Virus record (IMG/VR): IMGVR_UViG_3300044858_004955
Span: 6,321-70,320 of that record
Direction: 5' to 3' (one strand)
Length of the DNA stretch: 64,000 nucleotides
Origin: a virus
Shown here: positions 17,351 to 27,640 of the stretch, in pieces
How positions within the stretch are numbered: position 1 is the first letter of the stretch
Layout of the letters: the number at the start of each line of letters is the position of its first letter
Position numbers and translations under genes: made by a program
The notes under the pieces: model-generated
The model's database searches: none
The model's input: only the letters and a program-made list of their open reading frames with translations
Told to the model about the DNA's origin: nothing

Positions 17351-19150
17351 TTATGCCACAACGGCTTCCGTGTCGTGGACGGTGGACGGTGAATGATTTT
17401 CAGTTTTCGGAAAAACCAAATCGATTTCCCCCTTTACAGGGCGTCCATCGTCCCCGGACGCCAGCAACTCGAGAGCAGCCACCCACTCTCGGGTGAAAAC
17501 GACGTATTCGAGCCTGCCGGACGGGAATCGGTGCCGTTTGTGGATCAGGTCTTTGGCGTGCATGATCTCGAGCAGCCTGTTGCGAATCTTGTTCTTCTCG
17601 CCGACAGCGACGTCGTGGGCGCTGCTGATCTCCTCCCAGACCTTCCCCCACTGGAACCAGAGTTCGTCCGGCGCCACCCAGCACGGCCGACCTGACTCGT
17701 TCGGCTCCGGCCGCTCCTCGTCCTTAGGCGTCGTCGCCCGCCTGAACGCCTTCAGGATGTAGCCGGCCAACTCGGCGTACCGCTTGCTCGCGCTGCCAAC
17801 TTGGATGTCGTGCTCGCGCTTTTTGCGGGCCATCAGTTGCTCCATGATCCCGGGGATGCTGACGCCGCCGGTCTTCTTGCTGGCGTCCATTCCCTTCCAC
17901 GTTGCGACCCACTTCTTGGAGTCACCGTCGAGGATCACGCGGTGCGTCGCATTGAACACGGTGGATGCGACCTTGGCGGCCGACCGGAACGTGTCGAGCG
18001 TCATGTTGACCCGCCCGCCGCACGGGGTCGGCTTCCACTGCGGCACGACCAGCACGATCTCGACCGGGTCACCCTTGATCATCTCGATGCTCCACGATCC
18101 GACGCGGTAGGCGCGAATCTCGCCGACTTGGTACGGCTCTAGCCCGTGGGCCTCAAGGCCGACGACCGCCACGGCCTCCTCCGGGTTGATGGTTTCCTCG
18201 AGTTTGACCGTCTCGGACTCAATGGCCTCCTGCGTGATGTCCGTCGGCGTCGGACTCCAGCCCGCCTCCTGCTTTTTGCGGTAGTGCTCGAAGCAGGAGT
18301 TGATGATCTGGAGAGCCTCGTCCCTCGTCTTCTGCGGCTTGATGTACTTCTCGTTCGCGTCCAGAATCTCCTGCGTCAGCACCGCACGCCGCTCGGGCGC
18401 GAGCGGGAAGCGATCGTTGACGATCTTGTTCCACGCCCACATGAGCAGGGCGCCGTGCCGCCCCTCGCCGTCGTGAACCTCGCGGAACACGAGCGGGCCT
18501 TGGTATTTGTGGCCGCCTGAGTTTGCGCCGCCTCCGGCCTCCGCTGCGTTGCATATCTGCACGAGCAGCGCCCTCGGCGTGTCGGCGACCTCGACCTCGT
18601 CGAGTGACAGGTCCGGCCTCCAGCGGTACTGCACGCCGCTCCAGTGCCACGACGGGGGCAGCACGCTCTGAATCTGCCGGCCGCCGGCGCCCAGCCGGCA
18701 CTCGAGGCCGCCGGGCTTCTGGACGCCACCGCACTTTTCGAGCGAGTCGTGCCACCGCGTAAGTTGGTGCGTCGACTTGCCGCTCGTCCACGAAGGCGTG
18801 ATCAGTTCGTGCAGGCCGAGCGACTCGCGGAACGCCGTCGCCTCCGGCGAGTCGTCCTCGTTGTCGATGACGCCGCCTTCCTTGCCGAGCACGACCCCGA
18901 CGTTGAACGGCACGCCGTCGCACCACGCGAGCAGGTCATCCTCCGACCTCGCCCACCTGTCGCCCCATTCAGTGCCGACCGGGTGCTTTCCGCAGTTCCG
19001 CTGCTTCGATCCGCCGACGCGGCACTCCGGGTCGCCACATGTGCAGCGACCGTCCGGCCAGATGCCGTGCAGCCTGACGATGCGCAAGCCCTTCGAGATG
19101 TAGATCGCACACCACTTGAATGCGTGGTTGAAGTCAAACTCAAATGCCAT
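17351..19150 (-). CDS. bifunctional primase-polymerase (Prim-Pol) domain protein
   Basis: CTCG..C..GKHP, NVGV..IDNED, VLPPSWHWSG..YRW, GEGRHGAL (PriCT-like). Confidence 0.8.
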   Translation of the reverse strand: MAFEFDFNHAFKWCAIYISKGLRIVRLHGIWPDGRCTCGDPECRVGGSKQRNCGKHPVGTEWGDRWARSEDDLLAWCDGVPFNVGVVLGKEGGVIDNEDDSPEATAFRESLGLHELITPSWTSGKSTHQLTRWHDSLEKCGGVQKPGGLECRLGAGGRQIQSVLPPSWHWSGVQYRWRPDLSLDEVEVADTPRALLVQICNAAEAGGGANSGGHKYQGPLVFREVHDGEGRHGALLMWAWNKIVNDRFPLAPERRAVLTQEILDANEKYIKPQKTRDEALQIINSCFEHYRKKQEAGWSPTPTDITQEAIESETVKLEETINPEEAVAVVGLEAHGLEPYQVGEIRAYRVGSWSIEMIKGDPVEIVLVVPQWKPTPCGGRVNMTLDTFRSAAKVASTVFNATHRVILDGDSKKWVATWKGMDASKKTGGVSIPGIMEQLMARKKREHDIQVGSASKRYAELAGYILKAFRRATTPKDEERPEPNESGRPCWVAPDELWFQWGKVWEEISSAHDVAVGEKNKIRNRLLEIMHAKDLIHKRHRFPSGRLEYVVFTREWVAALELLASGDDGRPVKGEIDLVFPKTENHSPSTVHDTEAVVA

Positions 19151-19205
19151 ATCGCGACTCCGTTAGCGAAAATGCAGATGCCCGTCGTAGCCGTTTTCTT
19201 GCTTG

Positions 19206-19949
19206 CTAAGTTCCGATCCTCCACTCTGGCGAACACCACTCAGACGACCAGTCAAGTGGCTCACTCATCGCAAACACTTTTTGCCATTCTTCCAAGTAAA
19301 ACTGCGAGACAGTTTTTGACTCAATCACAACAGCGTTCTCGCGGCTCATCGTTCCGTTTATTGTTGGGTTGAAAGACCCAGTCCAAGTTGAGTACGGGCT
19401 GAACTCCGGGTACTCGTGCTCGTAGTGCGTCTTCATGGAGACCGTGCAGGCGACCGCAAACTTGTGGTGCATCCTCGGCGCCGCCTGACGCCTGTCGTTA
19501 TTTGAAACTCCAGCACACCTAACAGCATCTCCGTCCCCTCCTCCGCCAACAGACAAACTTCCAGCAATCCCCGGAAGGTCAAGCCTCCACTGCGTTTTTA
19601 ACTTCGCGTACTTCTCTCGAAGCATTCGATCAGACTTCGAGTTGTGGCCTGTGTCTGGCCTCAAAAAGTCTTCCTTTTGCACCACGACCGAACAGCCGTG
19701 CTCCAGCGCTGCCATTGCGTCCAACACTCTGTGATTCGTCAGCCACGCAAAGCAGCAAAACACAAAGTCGGCCTTTTCGATCCAGCGGCACAGCGCGCGC
19801 TCTAGGTTTCCGGTAACGGTTGCCACTTCAGTGACATCGTTGTGCAATTGAACACCGTATCCGAGGCCAAGGTGGTCTGCCGTAAGAGGTACGTCGTCGC
19901 CATCAGCGTTCCATATGCGCTGTGTGTTCCAGTTGAATTTGGCTTTCAT
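19206..19949 (-). CDS. phospholipase D-like (HKD) nuclease
   Basis: AWLT, MHHKFAV, WTGSFN..ENAV; more AT-rich than neighbours. Confidence 0.8.
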   Translation of the reverse strand: MKAKFNWNTQRIWNADGDDVPLTADHLGLGYGVQLHNDVTEVATVTGNLERALCRWIEKADFVFCCFAWLTNHRVLDAMAALEHGCSVVVQKEDFLRPDTGHNSKSDRMLREKYAKLKTQWRLDLPGIAGSLSVGGGGDGDAVRCAGVSNNDRRQAAPRMHHKFAVACTVSMKTHYEHEYPEFSPYSTWTGSFNPTINGTMSRENAVVIESKTVSQFYLEEWQKVFAMSEPLDWSSEWCSPEWRIGT

Positions 19950-19989
19950 ATTCATCTCCTTTGCGTTGCTAGTGTTTCAGCCGAAACCC

Positions 19990-20023
19990 CCCGTCGCCCC
20001 GACCTCTCGATCGGGGCGACGGG
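19990..20023 (-). terminator. strong hairpin (13-bp perfect stem, GAGA loop on minus strand)
   Basis: CCCGTCGCCCCGA..TCGGGGCGACGGG; only a weak U-tract. Confidence 0.5.
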
Positions 20024-20163
20024 CAAGGTTCGCCCGCCGGCGTGGTGGAATACGACACCAGAGGCGCGGTCAGACTGCCGTGCGGTTACGACGCCACCGC
20101 CGGCTGGGCGGCCGGCTCGTCGCGACGATGACGACGAGTGCGCCGCCGGCCCGGCGGGATGCA

Positions 20164-20946
20164 CTACTCGTCGCTGTCGACCACCTCGGCCGACACGGCG
20201 CCTCCGCCGAACGTGGAGAACATCCGCGTCAGCGGCTCGGTGTAGAGCCGGCGAGCGACCTCGCCCTCCTCCTCGGAGATCGTGCCGACCGTGCGAGGCA
20301 CGATCTGGGAGTACGGCTGACCACCGGCACCCTTGGCCTTCTGCAACTTGAGTCCGATCACGCACTCGTAGTGGAAGGACGTCAACCGCTTCCTGAACGG
20401 CAGCCACGACGGCAGCGACCCGGGGCCGACAGTCACGAGGACCGGCCAGACGTCGCCCTGACGCAGAATCGCGAGGATGCGACTCTCCTTCACCCGCTTG
20501 GCCCCGCCCTTCGACGAGCCGAACCCGAACTCCGGGGAGATCGAGATCGCCGCCCAGTCGTAGAGACGATCGCCGATGCGATACTTCTCCAGCGCCGCCG
20601 GCGAAATCTCACTGCCGAGATCGTCCGAGAGACGTCGAGCGACGATGAGGTCGCGCGACTCGAGGATCGGACGCTGCTCGCTGGGGTCGAGCGACGGCCA
20701 CAGGTAGCCGCGCTTCCCCTCGCCGACGAGCAGTCCCTTCAGTTCATCGGTGCTCTCGGTGTTCCCGTCGACATCGATCTGCCACGTCGTCGACCCGCCC
20801 AGCGGCGTCTTGACGCGGACCAAATCCATCTCCCTCATCTGCTCACCATCCAGATTGCTCTGGATGATGCGTGCCTGCCGACTGTTCGGCTGGAGGCACG
20901 GGTAGGCAACCTCGGTGGTCGCCGTCGCAATCGCTGTCGTAGCCAT
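20164..20946 (-). CDS. putative single-stranded DNA-binding protein
   Basis: Position in replication module, beta-rich core, acidic C-terminus EVVDSDE. Confidence 0.55.
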   Translation of the reverse strand: MATTAIATATTEVAYPCLQPNSRQARIIQSNLDGEQMREMDLVRVKTPLGGSTTWQIDVDGNTESTDELKGLLVGEGKRGYLWPSLDPSEQRPILESRDLIVARRLSDDLGSEISPAALEKYRIGDRLYDWAAISISPEFGFGSSKGGAKRVKESRILAILRQGDVWPVLVTVGPGSLPSWLPFRKRLTSFHYECVIGLKLQKAKGAGGQPYSQIVPRTVGTISEEEGEVARRLYTEPLTRMFSTFGGGAVSAEVVDSDE

Positions 20947-20991
20947 GTGTGGCATACTCCTGTCGTGTAGATCAGACCATCAACCGCTGCG

Positions 20992-21441
20992 TCACCCGAC
21001 CGTCGTGTGACGCAGTTTCGGCGAGACGAACTCGCCGACGACTCCATCGAACTCCGTCCCAGCCGAGTAAGGCAGGCTGGGGTCCGTCCCAGCCTCTCGT
21101 GCCCTCTCGGTCAGCAAAGCCTTGAGCCTTGCCGTGTTTATCTGCGTCACTGCCTCCAGCAGTCCCGCGGATCGGGCGGCTTCCATCACCGCCTCCCTTC
21201 GCGCCTCCGGCGCCGAGAACGAGTGTGTCCACTCGATCCTCCAACTCCTCCCTGCGGCTCGAACTCCGTCGAGCCGTTGTCCCTGAAACTCCTCGATCGC
21301 GATCGACTCGTAGTGGTCGCGTTTTTTCTTGAGCGCGTCGATCTGGTCGTTCAGCGCGGCAACCTGCTTGTCGATTGCCGTGATCTCAGCGAGCGCGGTT
21401 TGCAGTGCCGGCGCGTCGTTCGTAGCCGTCGATGATGTCAC
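20992..21441 (-). CDS. hypothetical replication-module protein
   Basis: GGAGG RBS, N-terminal coiled coil. Confidence 0.6.
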   Translation of the reverse strand: MTSSTATNDAPALQTALAEITAIDKQVAALNDQIDALKKKRDHYESIAIEEFQGQRLDGVRAAGRSWRIEWTHSFSAPEARREAVMEAARSAGLLEAVTQINTARLKALLTERAREAGTDPSLPYSAGTEFDGVVGEFVSPKLRHTTVG

Positions 21442-22786
21442 TTAATACCTCCCTCCGATCCCTCAGAGCCTCGTAGACGCGGCCGTCCACCGTGGATCGG
21501 CCGTCGATCGTCGCCACCAGATGCCAAACGCTCACCTTGCGTTCCTGCCCGGGGCGGTGCAGGCGCGCAACCGCCTGAAGGTATTCAGCCAGTGAGTAGC
21601 CTAGCGAGAAGAACACCGCGAATCGTGCCCGTGTCAGATCGATCCCGATGCCGCCCGACTGAATCTGCACGATGAGCACGTTCGTCTTCCCGGCCTGCCA
21701 GTCGGCGAGATCGTCGGCCGATCCGCTGAGTTCGCCCCACGATCGCTTGAGCCGGTCGCACGCGGCCCGAGCCGCCACGATGTCGCTCCTGAAGCGACAG
21801 AACACGACCCACGGCTCGTCTGCGGGGGAATCCCCCAGCATATCCTCGAGGACTCCGGCCTTGGCCGGGTCCGCGACAATCTGCTTTGCAACGCTTTCGC
21901 CGTCATACGTGACAGCACCACCGCAAACCTGTTGCAGCCGTAGCAGTTGGACGAGAGCGTTCGCCGGCGTGATCGTCCCCTGCTCGAGGACCGCACAGAA
22001 CTCCCGCTCGATCTCGCGGTAGACCTTCGCTTCCTGCGGCGACAGATCGCACGGCAAGTCGATGAATTGTATTTGTGGGAGGTCTAGAACATCAGCGGCG
22101 ACCGCACGGTGCGTCGTGGCTGCCACGCGACGGTGAGCGTCGTCGATGTTCTTGTAGCCGACGATAAAGTTCTGCCCGGGGGCGATGATCGCGTGCTTTG
22201 CCTTGTGAAGCGTGTACAGGGAGCCGAATGTCGGGCACTCTGGACTCTCGACGGCCCGCCAGATGCCGTAGCAGTCCATCAAGGAGTGCGGGATCATCGT
22301 CCCCGACAATCCGATCTTCGGCGACTCCGCGTTCTTCTTGCAGACCCGGGCCGCCCAGCGGCTCGCTGCTCCTGAAGGACTCTTGAGCCGATGCACCTCG
22401 TCCCAGACGATCGCCGACCACGGCGTCTTCTCGAGGATCGGCATCCGCCACGCGGTCTCGTAGTTGACGACGAACACGACGGGCGTGCGGTCGGCGAGCG
22501 CGGCCTCGACCTGCTTGGCCTTCTGGGCCGAGGTTCCCTTCGTCAGCGGCACGACGCGGACGTCAGGCCACCAGAGTCCGCATTGCTTGACCCACGCCGC
22601 GATCACGGCCTTTGGGCAAGAGACGAGTACGGCGAACCCGCCACGATCGCCGCGAGCCATGCGGCGCTTCAGAATCTCGATGGCCGTGCGGGTCTTCCCG
22701 CACCCCATCTCGTGGTGGAGCAGCACCGCGGTGCGGTCCTCGCTCCATTGAATTGCGTCGCGCTGATGCGACCACAGGCCGTCCAT
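21386..22786 (-). CDS. SNF2-like SF2 helicase
   Basis: EMGCGKT, DEVH, SGT, GIDL, QAVARLHRPGQ. Confidence 0.9.
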   Translation of the reverse strand: MDGLWSHQRDAIQWSEDRTAVLLHHEMGCGKTRTAIEILKRRMARGDRGGFAVLVSCPKAVIAAWVKQCGLWWPDVRVVPLTKGTSAQKAKQVEAALADRTPVVFVVNYETAWRMPILEKTPWSAIVWDEVHRLKSPSGAASRWAARVCKKNAESPKIGLSGTMIPHSLMDCYGIWRAVESPECPTFGSLYTLHKAKHAIIAPGQNFIVGYKNIDDAHRRVAATTHRAVAADVLDLPQIQFIDLPCDLSPQEAKVYREIEREFCAVLEQGTITPANALVQLLRLQQVCGGAVTYDGESVAKQIVADPAKAGVLEDMLGDSPADEPWVVFCRFRSDIVAARAACDRLKRSWGELSGSADDLADWQAGKTNVLIVQIQSGGIGIDLTRARFAVFFSLGYSLAEYLQAVARLHRPGQERKVSVWHLVATIDGRSTVDGRVYEALRDRREVLSDIIDGYERRAGTANRAR

Positions 22787-22809
22787 GCCGCTCCTCCTTG
22801 GCGGGCGGC

Positions 22810-22839
22810 ATAGTACGCGGCTGCTAGGCGGCCCGTCAA
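22810..22839 (-). promoter_or_regulatory. sigma70-type promoter for replication operon
   Basis: TTGACG-18 bp-TACTAT followed by AAGGAGG RBS. Confidence 0.7.
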
Positions 22840-23408
22840 GAGAAATCCCGCGGCCGTCCGACCTTCCCGCCGGCGTGCTGCTGCTGCCTCACGATCTTCG
22901 CGTTTTCGAGGCACGACTTCCGCGAGCAGATGTAGACAGCCCTGTGCCGCGTGAGCACTTGATCGCGTGAGTGGAGCCTGCGGCCGACGATGTCGCCGGC
23001 CTTGATCATCCGTGGTACGAACGACGGGTGGACGCCGAGGATGCCGGCGGCCTCGCGGACACCGATGGCGTCGCCGAACGCGATCGGCTCGTCGATCGCC
23101 GCGAGTTTGCGGATCATCGGCTCACGGAGGTGAATCCACGCCCGCGGCCGGCGGTCATTCATGCCGCCGCGTGCCTGCACCCTCTCGTCGTACTCGCGGT
23201 AGTTCGCGTCGCACTCGGAGCCGTTGAAGACGACGAACGCACGCTGCCCAGTGCCGGCGCCCTCCATCTCGCTGGCCGAAAGCCAGCCCTTCGACAACAT
23301 CCTCGCCGGCACGGACCAGTGCAGGCCCATGATGGCGGCGGCCTCGTGCGGGCCGACGGCTTGGTTGACCGCCTGCCTGATCTCGCTATCCGTCAGTCGT
23401 CTAGCCAT
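22836..23408 (-). CDS. tandem HTH DNA-binding protein (candidate repressor/excisionase)
   Basis: Two repeats EAAAIMGLHWS / EAAGILGVHPS; divergent from integrase. Confidence 0.65.
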   Translation of the reverse strand: MARRLTDSEIRQAVNQAVGPHEAAAIMGLHWSVPARMLSKGWLSASEMEGAGTGQRAFVVFNGSECDANYREYDERVQARGGMNDRRPRAWIHLREPMIRKLAAIDEPIAFGDAIGVREAAGILGVHPSFVPRMIKAGDIVGRRLHSRDQVLTRHRAVYICSRKSCLENAKIVRQQQHAGGKVGRPRDFS

Positions 23409-23460
23409 CGCCGCATCCTCATACGTGTCCGGCGGCGAACTGCTGCCGGTTGTGTGGATT

Positions 23461-23523
23461 TTGACGGCGGGGAAGGGGGTTGGCAAACTCCGGTTGACAA
23501 GATGCAATGGAGGCGGCAACACT
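23461..23523 (+). promoter_or_regulatory. candidate tandem promoters for recombinase operon
   Basis: TTGACG-17-CAAACT and TTGACA-18-AACACT. Confidence 0.45.
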
Positions 23524-23574
23524 CTAACTCCGAGGCGGCTGGACACCACCTTGAAACGCGAAAGGAGTCGAGAA

Positions 23575-23787
23575 ATGCCGGTGCAACGTGCCTACATCGC
23601 GGTGATCTCGTGGATCGACGGAGAGGTTGAGGACGCCGATGAACTCCGCGTGTTCGCAGAGTCAGCGGAATCCGCAAAGTCTCTCGCAAAGGAAATCTGG
23701 CTTAGGGCGAAGTCGCCGCGGTGGCCGACGTGCCGGATTTCCTCGGTGGAGGTTTTCCCGCAGGCGAGGCTGTCATCCCTTGCATGA
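23575..23787 (+). CDS. hypothetical protein
   Basis: AAGGAG RBS, MPVQR. Confidence 0.6.
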   Translation: MPVQRAYIAVISWIDGEVEDADELRVFAESAESAKSLAKEIWLRAKSPRWPTCRISSVEVFPQARLSSLA

Positions 23788-23826
23788 GTGACCCCCAATT
23801 GGCACCCTCCGCCGTGAGGATGCAAC

Positions 23827-24690
23827 ATGACTCACACGCTCATATCTGTACTCCACGATCTTTACGTGCCGCTCAGGTCGCTCTGCCCAAGGAGCGCCGA
23901 GAACTACGAGTTCACGATTCGTGCGTTCTCGGCGTTTCTTGGGCGAGAGGCGACTCTGGACGACCTCGACGAACTGACCGTCGCGAGGTACTTGACCAAC
24001 CGTGCCAAGGAGCGTGCGATCGCCACGGCCGCGAAGGACCGCGCCCAACTCCGCGCACTCCACGAGTTCAGCGCGAGGCGGAAACTTTGCGACCACTGGC
24101 CCCAATACCCGCCGATCCGCGTGCCTGACCGCGTGCCGGAGGCGTGGTTCTCAGGCGAGATGCAGCGACTGCTTGACGCTGCTGGTCAGGAGAAGACGGT
24201 GCTTGACGGCATCCCCGGCGGCCTTTGGTGGCGGGCGCTCCTTCTTCTGGCCTACGACACGGCCGAGCGTGCGACTGCACTGACGAGCCTCCGATGGCGT
24301 TCCGTCCGAGGCTCCTCAGTCCTCTTCGTGGCCGAGGACCGCAAGGGACGCCGCCGCGACATCCTCCGCGAGATCGGCGAGGACACTCTGGCGGCGCTTG
24401 AGGCGATTCGTGGAGAACGCGGGCAGGACGACCTCGTCTTCCCGTGGCCGCGGACGCGGACCTACCTCTGGCGGCGGCTCGAGATCATCCTCGAGCGTGC
24501 GGGCCTGCCGCATGGCCGGCGGGACAAGTTCCACCGCATCCGAAGGACGACGGCCTCCTACTACGAGGCCGCCGGCGGCTCGGCCCAGCGGCTCCTCGAC
24601 CACTCCGACCCGGCGACGACGCGGAAGTACATCGACCCGCGGATCGTCAGGCCACAGGCAGCGCCGGAACTGATCCCGAGGGTGTCGTGA
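23827..24690 (+). CDS. tyrosine recombinase / phage integrase family
   Basis: DTAER (R), RKG (K), FHRIR (HxxR), LLDH, KYID (Y). Confidence 0.9.
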   Translation: MTHTLISVLHDLYVPLRSLCPRSAENYEFTIRAFSAFLGREATLDDLDELTVARYLTNRAKERAIATAAKDRAQLRALHEFSARRKLCDHWPQYPPIRVPDRVPEAWFSGEMQRLLDAAGQEKTVLDGIPGGLWWRALLLLAYDTAERATALTSLRWRSVRGSSVLFVAEDRKGRRRDILREIGEDTLAALEAIRGERGQDDLVFPWPRTRTYLWRRLEIILERAGLPHGRRDKFHRIRRTTASYYEAAGGSAQRLLDHSDPATTRKYIDPRIVRPQAAPELIPRVS

Positions 24691-24941
24691 GCGACATCGT
24701 GACACGCCTGCGACGGTGGACGCACGCAGTGGACGCGGCGCCAGCAAGCGACCTCATGGACGAGGCTGCGGATGAGATTGAGCGGCTGCGGCTCACAGAC
24801 GAGGAGCGTGCCGCTATTGATGAGGTCGCTGCGAACGAAGCGGCCAGTGCCAGCAGAAGCGCGACGCGAGCGATTGCGCTGCGTAGGCTACTGTGGCGGA
24901 CGCGAAACGGTTCACCAGAAGGCAGCGAAACGGTGCAGTGA
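24687..24941 (+). CDS. hypothetical phage protein
   Basis: VSDIVTRLR..EAADEIERLR, GTGA overlap. Confidence 0.65.
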   Translation: MSDIVTRLRRWTHAVDAAPASDLMDEAADEIERLRLTDEERAAIDEVAANEAASASRSATRAIALRRLLWRTRNGSPEGSETVQ

Positions 24942-24957
24942 GAACGACATCGCACAG

Positions 24958-25020
24958 CGATCCCGGCGGGCAGGCACCGCACCGATAAAGCGGCCCGCCG
25001 AACCCGCCGGGGTCGTTTTT
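24958..25020 (+). terminator. long hairpin with T5 tail
   Basis: CGATCCCGGCGGG / CCCGCCGGGGTCG + TTTTT. Confidence 0.5.
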
Positions 25021-25076
25021 GAGAACACGCAGGATAAGCGGCGGCTTCGCCGTCCGCTTCATCCGCTGGTTCTGTG
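25020..25076 (-). other. integron attC-like recombination site
   Basis: Minus strand AAC-5nt-GATGAAGC..GCTTATC-6nt-GTT with two extrahelical bases and a 3-nt loop. Confidence 0.75.
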
Positions 25077-25377
25077 AGCGTAGAAAGGGAGACATGGACA
25101 ACAACTGGCAGCCAATCGAAACCGCACCAAAGGACGGCACCGACATCCTTGTCGGCTGGTGGTCGGCAGGCGTGTGGATTGTGCGAAACGCATGGTGGGA
25201 AGACGGGTTCGACATCAACATCGGAGCCATCGACCCAGCGGGCGAGGGCTGGTGGTATCCCAACACCAGCGTCGGCACCTACAAGGTCTGCCGGGAGAAC
25301 AACGCTGTGGACGGCCCGCAGTATTGGATGCCGATGCCAGAGCCGCCCGCAGAGCATGGCAGCAAGTAGCCACAGAA
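25026..25377 (-). mobile_element. integron-type gene cassette (352 bp)
   Basis: Ends GTTCTGTG (25069-76) and CACAGAAC (25371-78) are exact reverse complements around one gene. Confidence 0.65.
25094..25369 (+). CDS. DUF551-like protein (cassette gene)
   Basis: WQPIETAPKDGT..PQYWMPMPEPP. Confidence 0.8.
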   Translation: MDNNWQPIETAPKDGTDILVGWWSAGVWIVRNAWWEDGFDINIGAIDPAGEGWWYPNTSVGTYKVCRENNAVDGPQYWMPMPEPPAEHGSK

Positions 25378-25488
25378 CTTGTGTTTCTGCTGTCCGTGTA
25401 ACCCGCCGCTTCCGTATATCACGCCACCACTCATACGCGAAACTCGGCGCAAAACGACTGATTTCAAATATGATCGGAACGTCGGCGA

Positions 25489-26404
25489 TCAGACGACGCA
25501 CCCACTCGTCGCCCGCCACCACGCCACGGTCTCAGCGATCCCGTCTCGCAGCGTGACCTGCGGCTCCCACACGAGCACCTCGCGTGCCCGCGAAGCATCG
25601 ACCGCACGACGCGGCTGGCCGTCCGGCTTTGACGAGTCCCAGCGGGTCGTGCCGTGGTACTCGCACTCGCAGGCGATCAGTTCGGCCAAGTCTCGCATCG
25701 TCACCTCGCCGCCGCCTCCGAGGTTGACTGGCTCCGGCGTCTCAATGCGTTCGGCGGCACGAAGAATCCCTTCGGCCGCGTCGGCGACGTGGAGGAACTC
25801 ACGACTGGCCGACCCGGTCCCCCAGAGCGTGACGTCGCCGGCCGAGCAGAAACGCCGGATCATGGCTGGGATGACGTGGCTGGAGGCCGGGTCGAAGTTG
25901 TCGCCGGGACCGTACAGATTCGTCGGGATCACGACTGACCCTGCCATGCCGTACTGGGCGTGGTACTGCTTCAGGAGTTCGTAGACGGCTCTCTTCGCCA
26001 CGCCGTAGCCAGCGTTCGTTGCCTCCGGGTATCCGTTCCATAGGTCGGACTCCTTGAACGGCACGGGCGGTGAGAGCGGGTACGAGCAAACCGTCCCGAC
26101 GATGACCGTGCGGCGGCACTCGTGCAGGCGGGCTGACTCGACGACGTTCAGGCCCATCGCGAGGTTCGCGTAGGTAAACCGCCCCGGCGTCCGCATATTG
26201 GCGCCGATGCCGCCGACCTCCGCGGCCAGATGCAAGACGACGTCCGGCCGGCAGGCGGCGAACAGCCTCGCCGTGGACCGCGGGTCGGTCAGGTCGCACA
26301 CGCGACGCCGCGGCACGGTCACCTGCGTGCAGCCGCGCTCCTCGAGCAGCCGGCATACGACGCGGCCGAGGAACCCTGCCCCGCCGGTGACCAGCACGCG
26401 GCAG

Positions 26405-26427
<23 letters not shown>
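25489..26427 (-). CDS. fcl: GDP-L-fucose synthase
   Basis: [40 protein letters not shown]. Confidence 0.9.
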
Positions 26428-27385
<958 letters not shown>

Positions 27386-27391
27386 GGCGGC

Positions 27392-27411
27392 ATTGTAGCG
27401 TGTTGCCGCCT
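27392..27411 (-). promoter_or_regulatory. candidate leaderless promoter for gmd-fcl
   Basis: GCGGCAA-N5-TACAAT-6 nt-ATG, no SD. Confidence 0.55.
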
Positions 27412-27640
27412 ACCGATCGCGGGATCGCCAGAATGCCCACGCCCCTGCCACGAGCGGTGGCAGCCAGATGGCCCACGCCTGCGGCACTTGCCAGCCGAGC
27501 GAGCCGCTCGCCACGATCGCGAGGACGCCCACGACGCCTCCAGCGACCCGCCATCCGCACGCCGAAAGGACGGCCGCGACGAGTCCGAGGATGAGCACGG
27601 TGGCTACGATCGCCGCGACAAGGAACGCGAGGGACTCCAT
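27410..27640 (-). CDS. three-TM small membrane protein (holin candidate)
   Basis: 76 aa, three hydrophobic segments, basic C-terminus. Confidence 0.55.
   Translation of the reverse strand: MESLAFLVAAIVATVLILGLVAAVLSACGWRVAGGVVGVLAIVASGSLGWQVPQAWAIWLPPLVAGAWAFWRSRDR

Noticed and set aside
23827-24690. Recombinase as an integron integrase (IntI)
   Set aside because: Only 287 aa and lacks the IntI-specific insertion between the catalytic Lys region and HxxR
24958-25020. Hairpin as a hammerhead ribozyme
   Set aside because: Lacks CUGANGA and GAAA core
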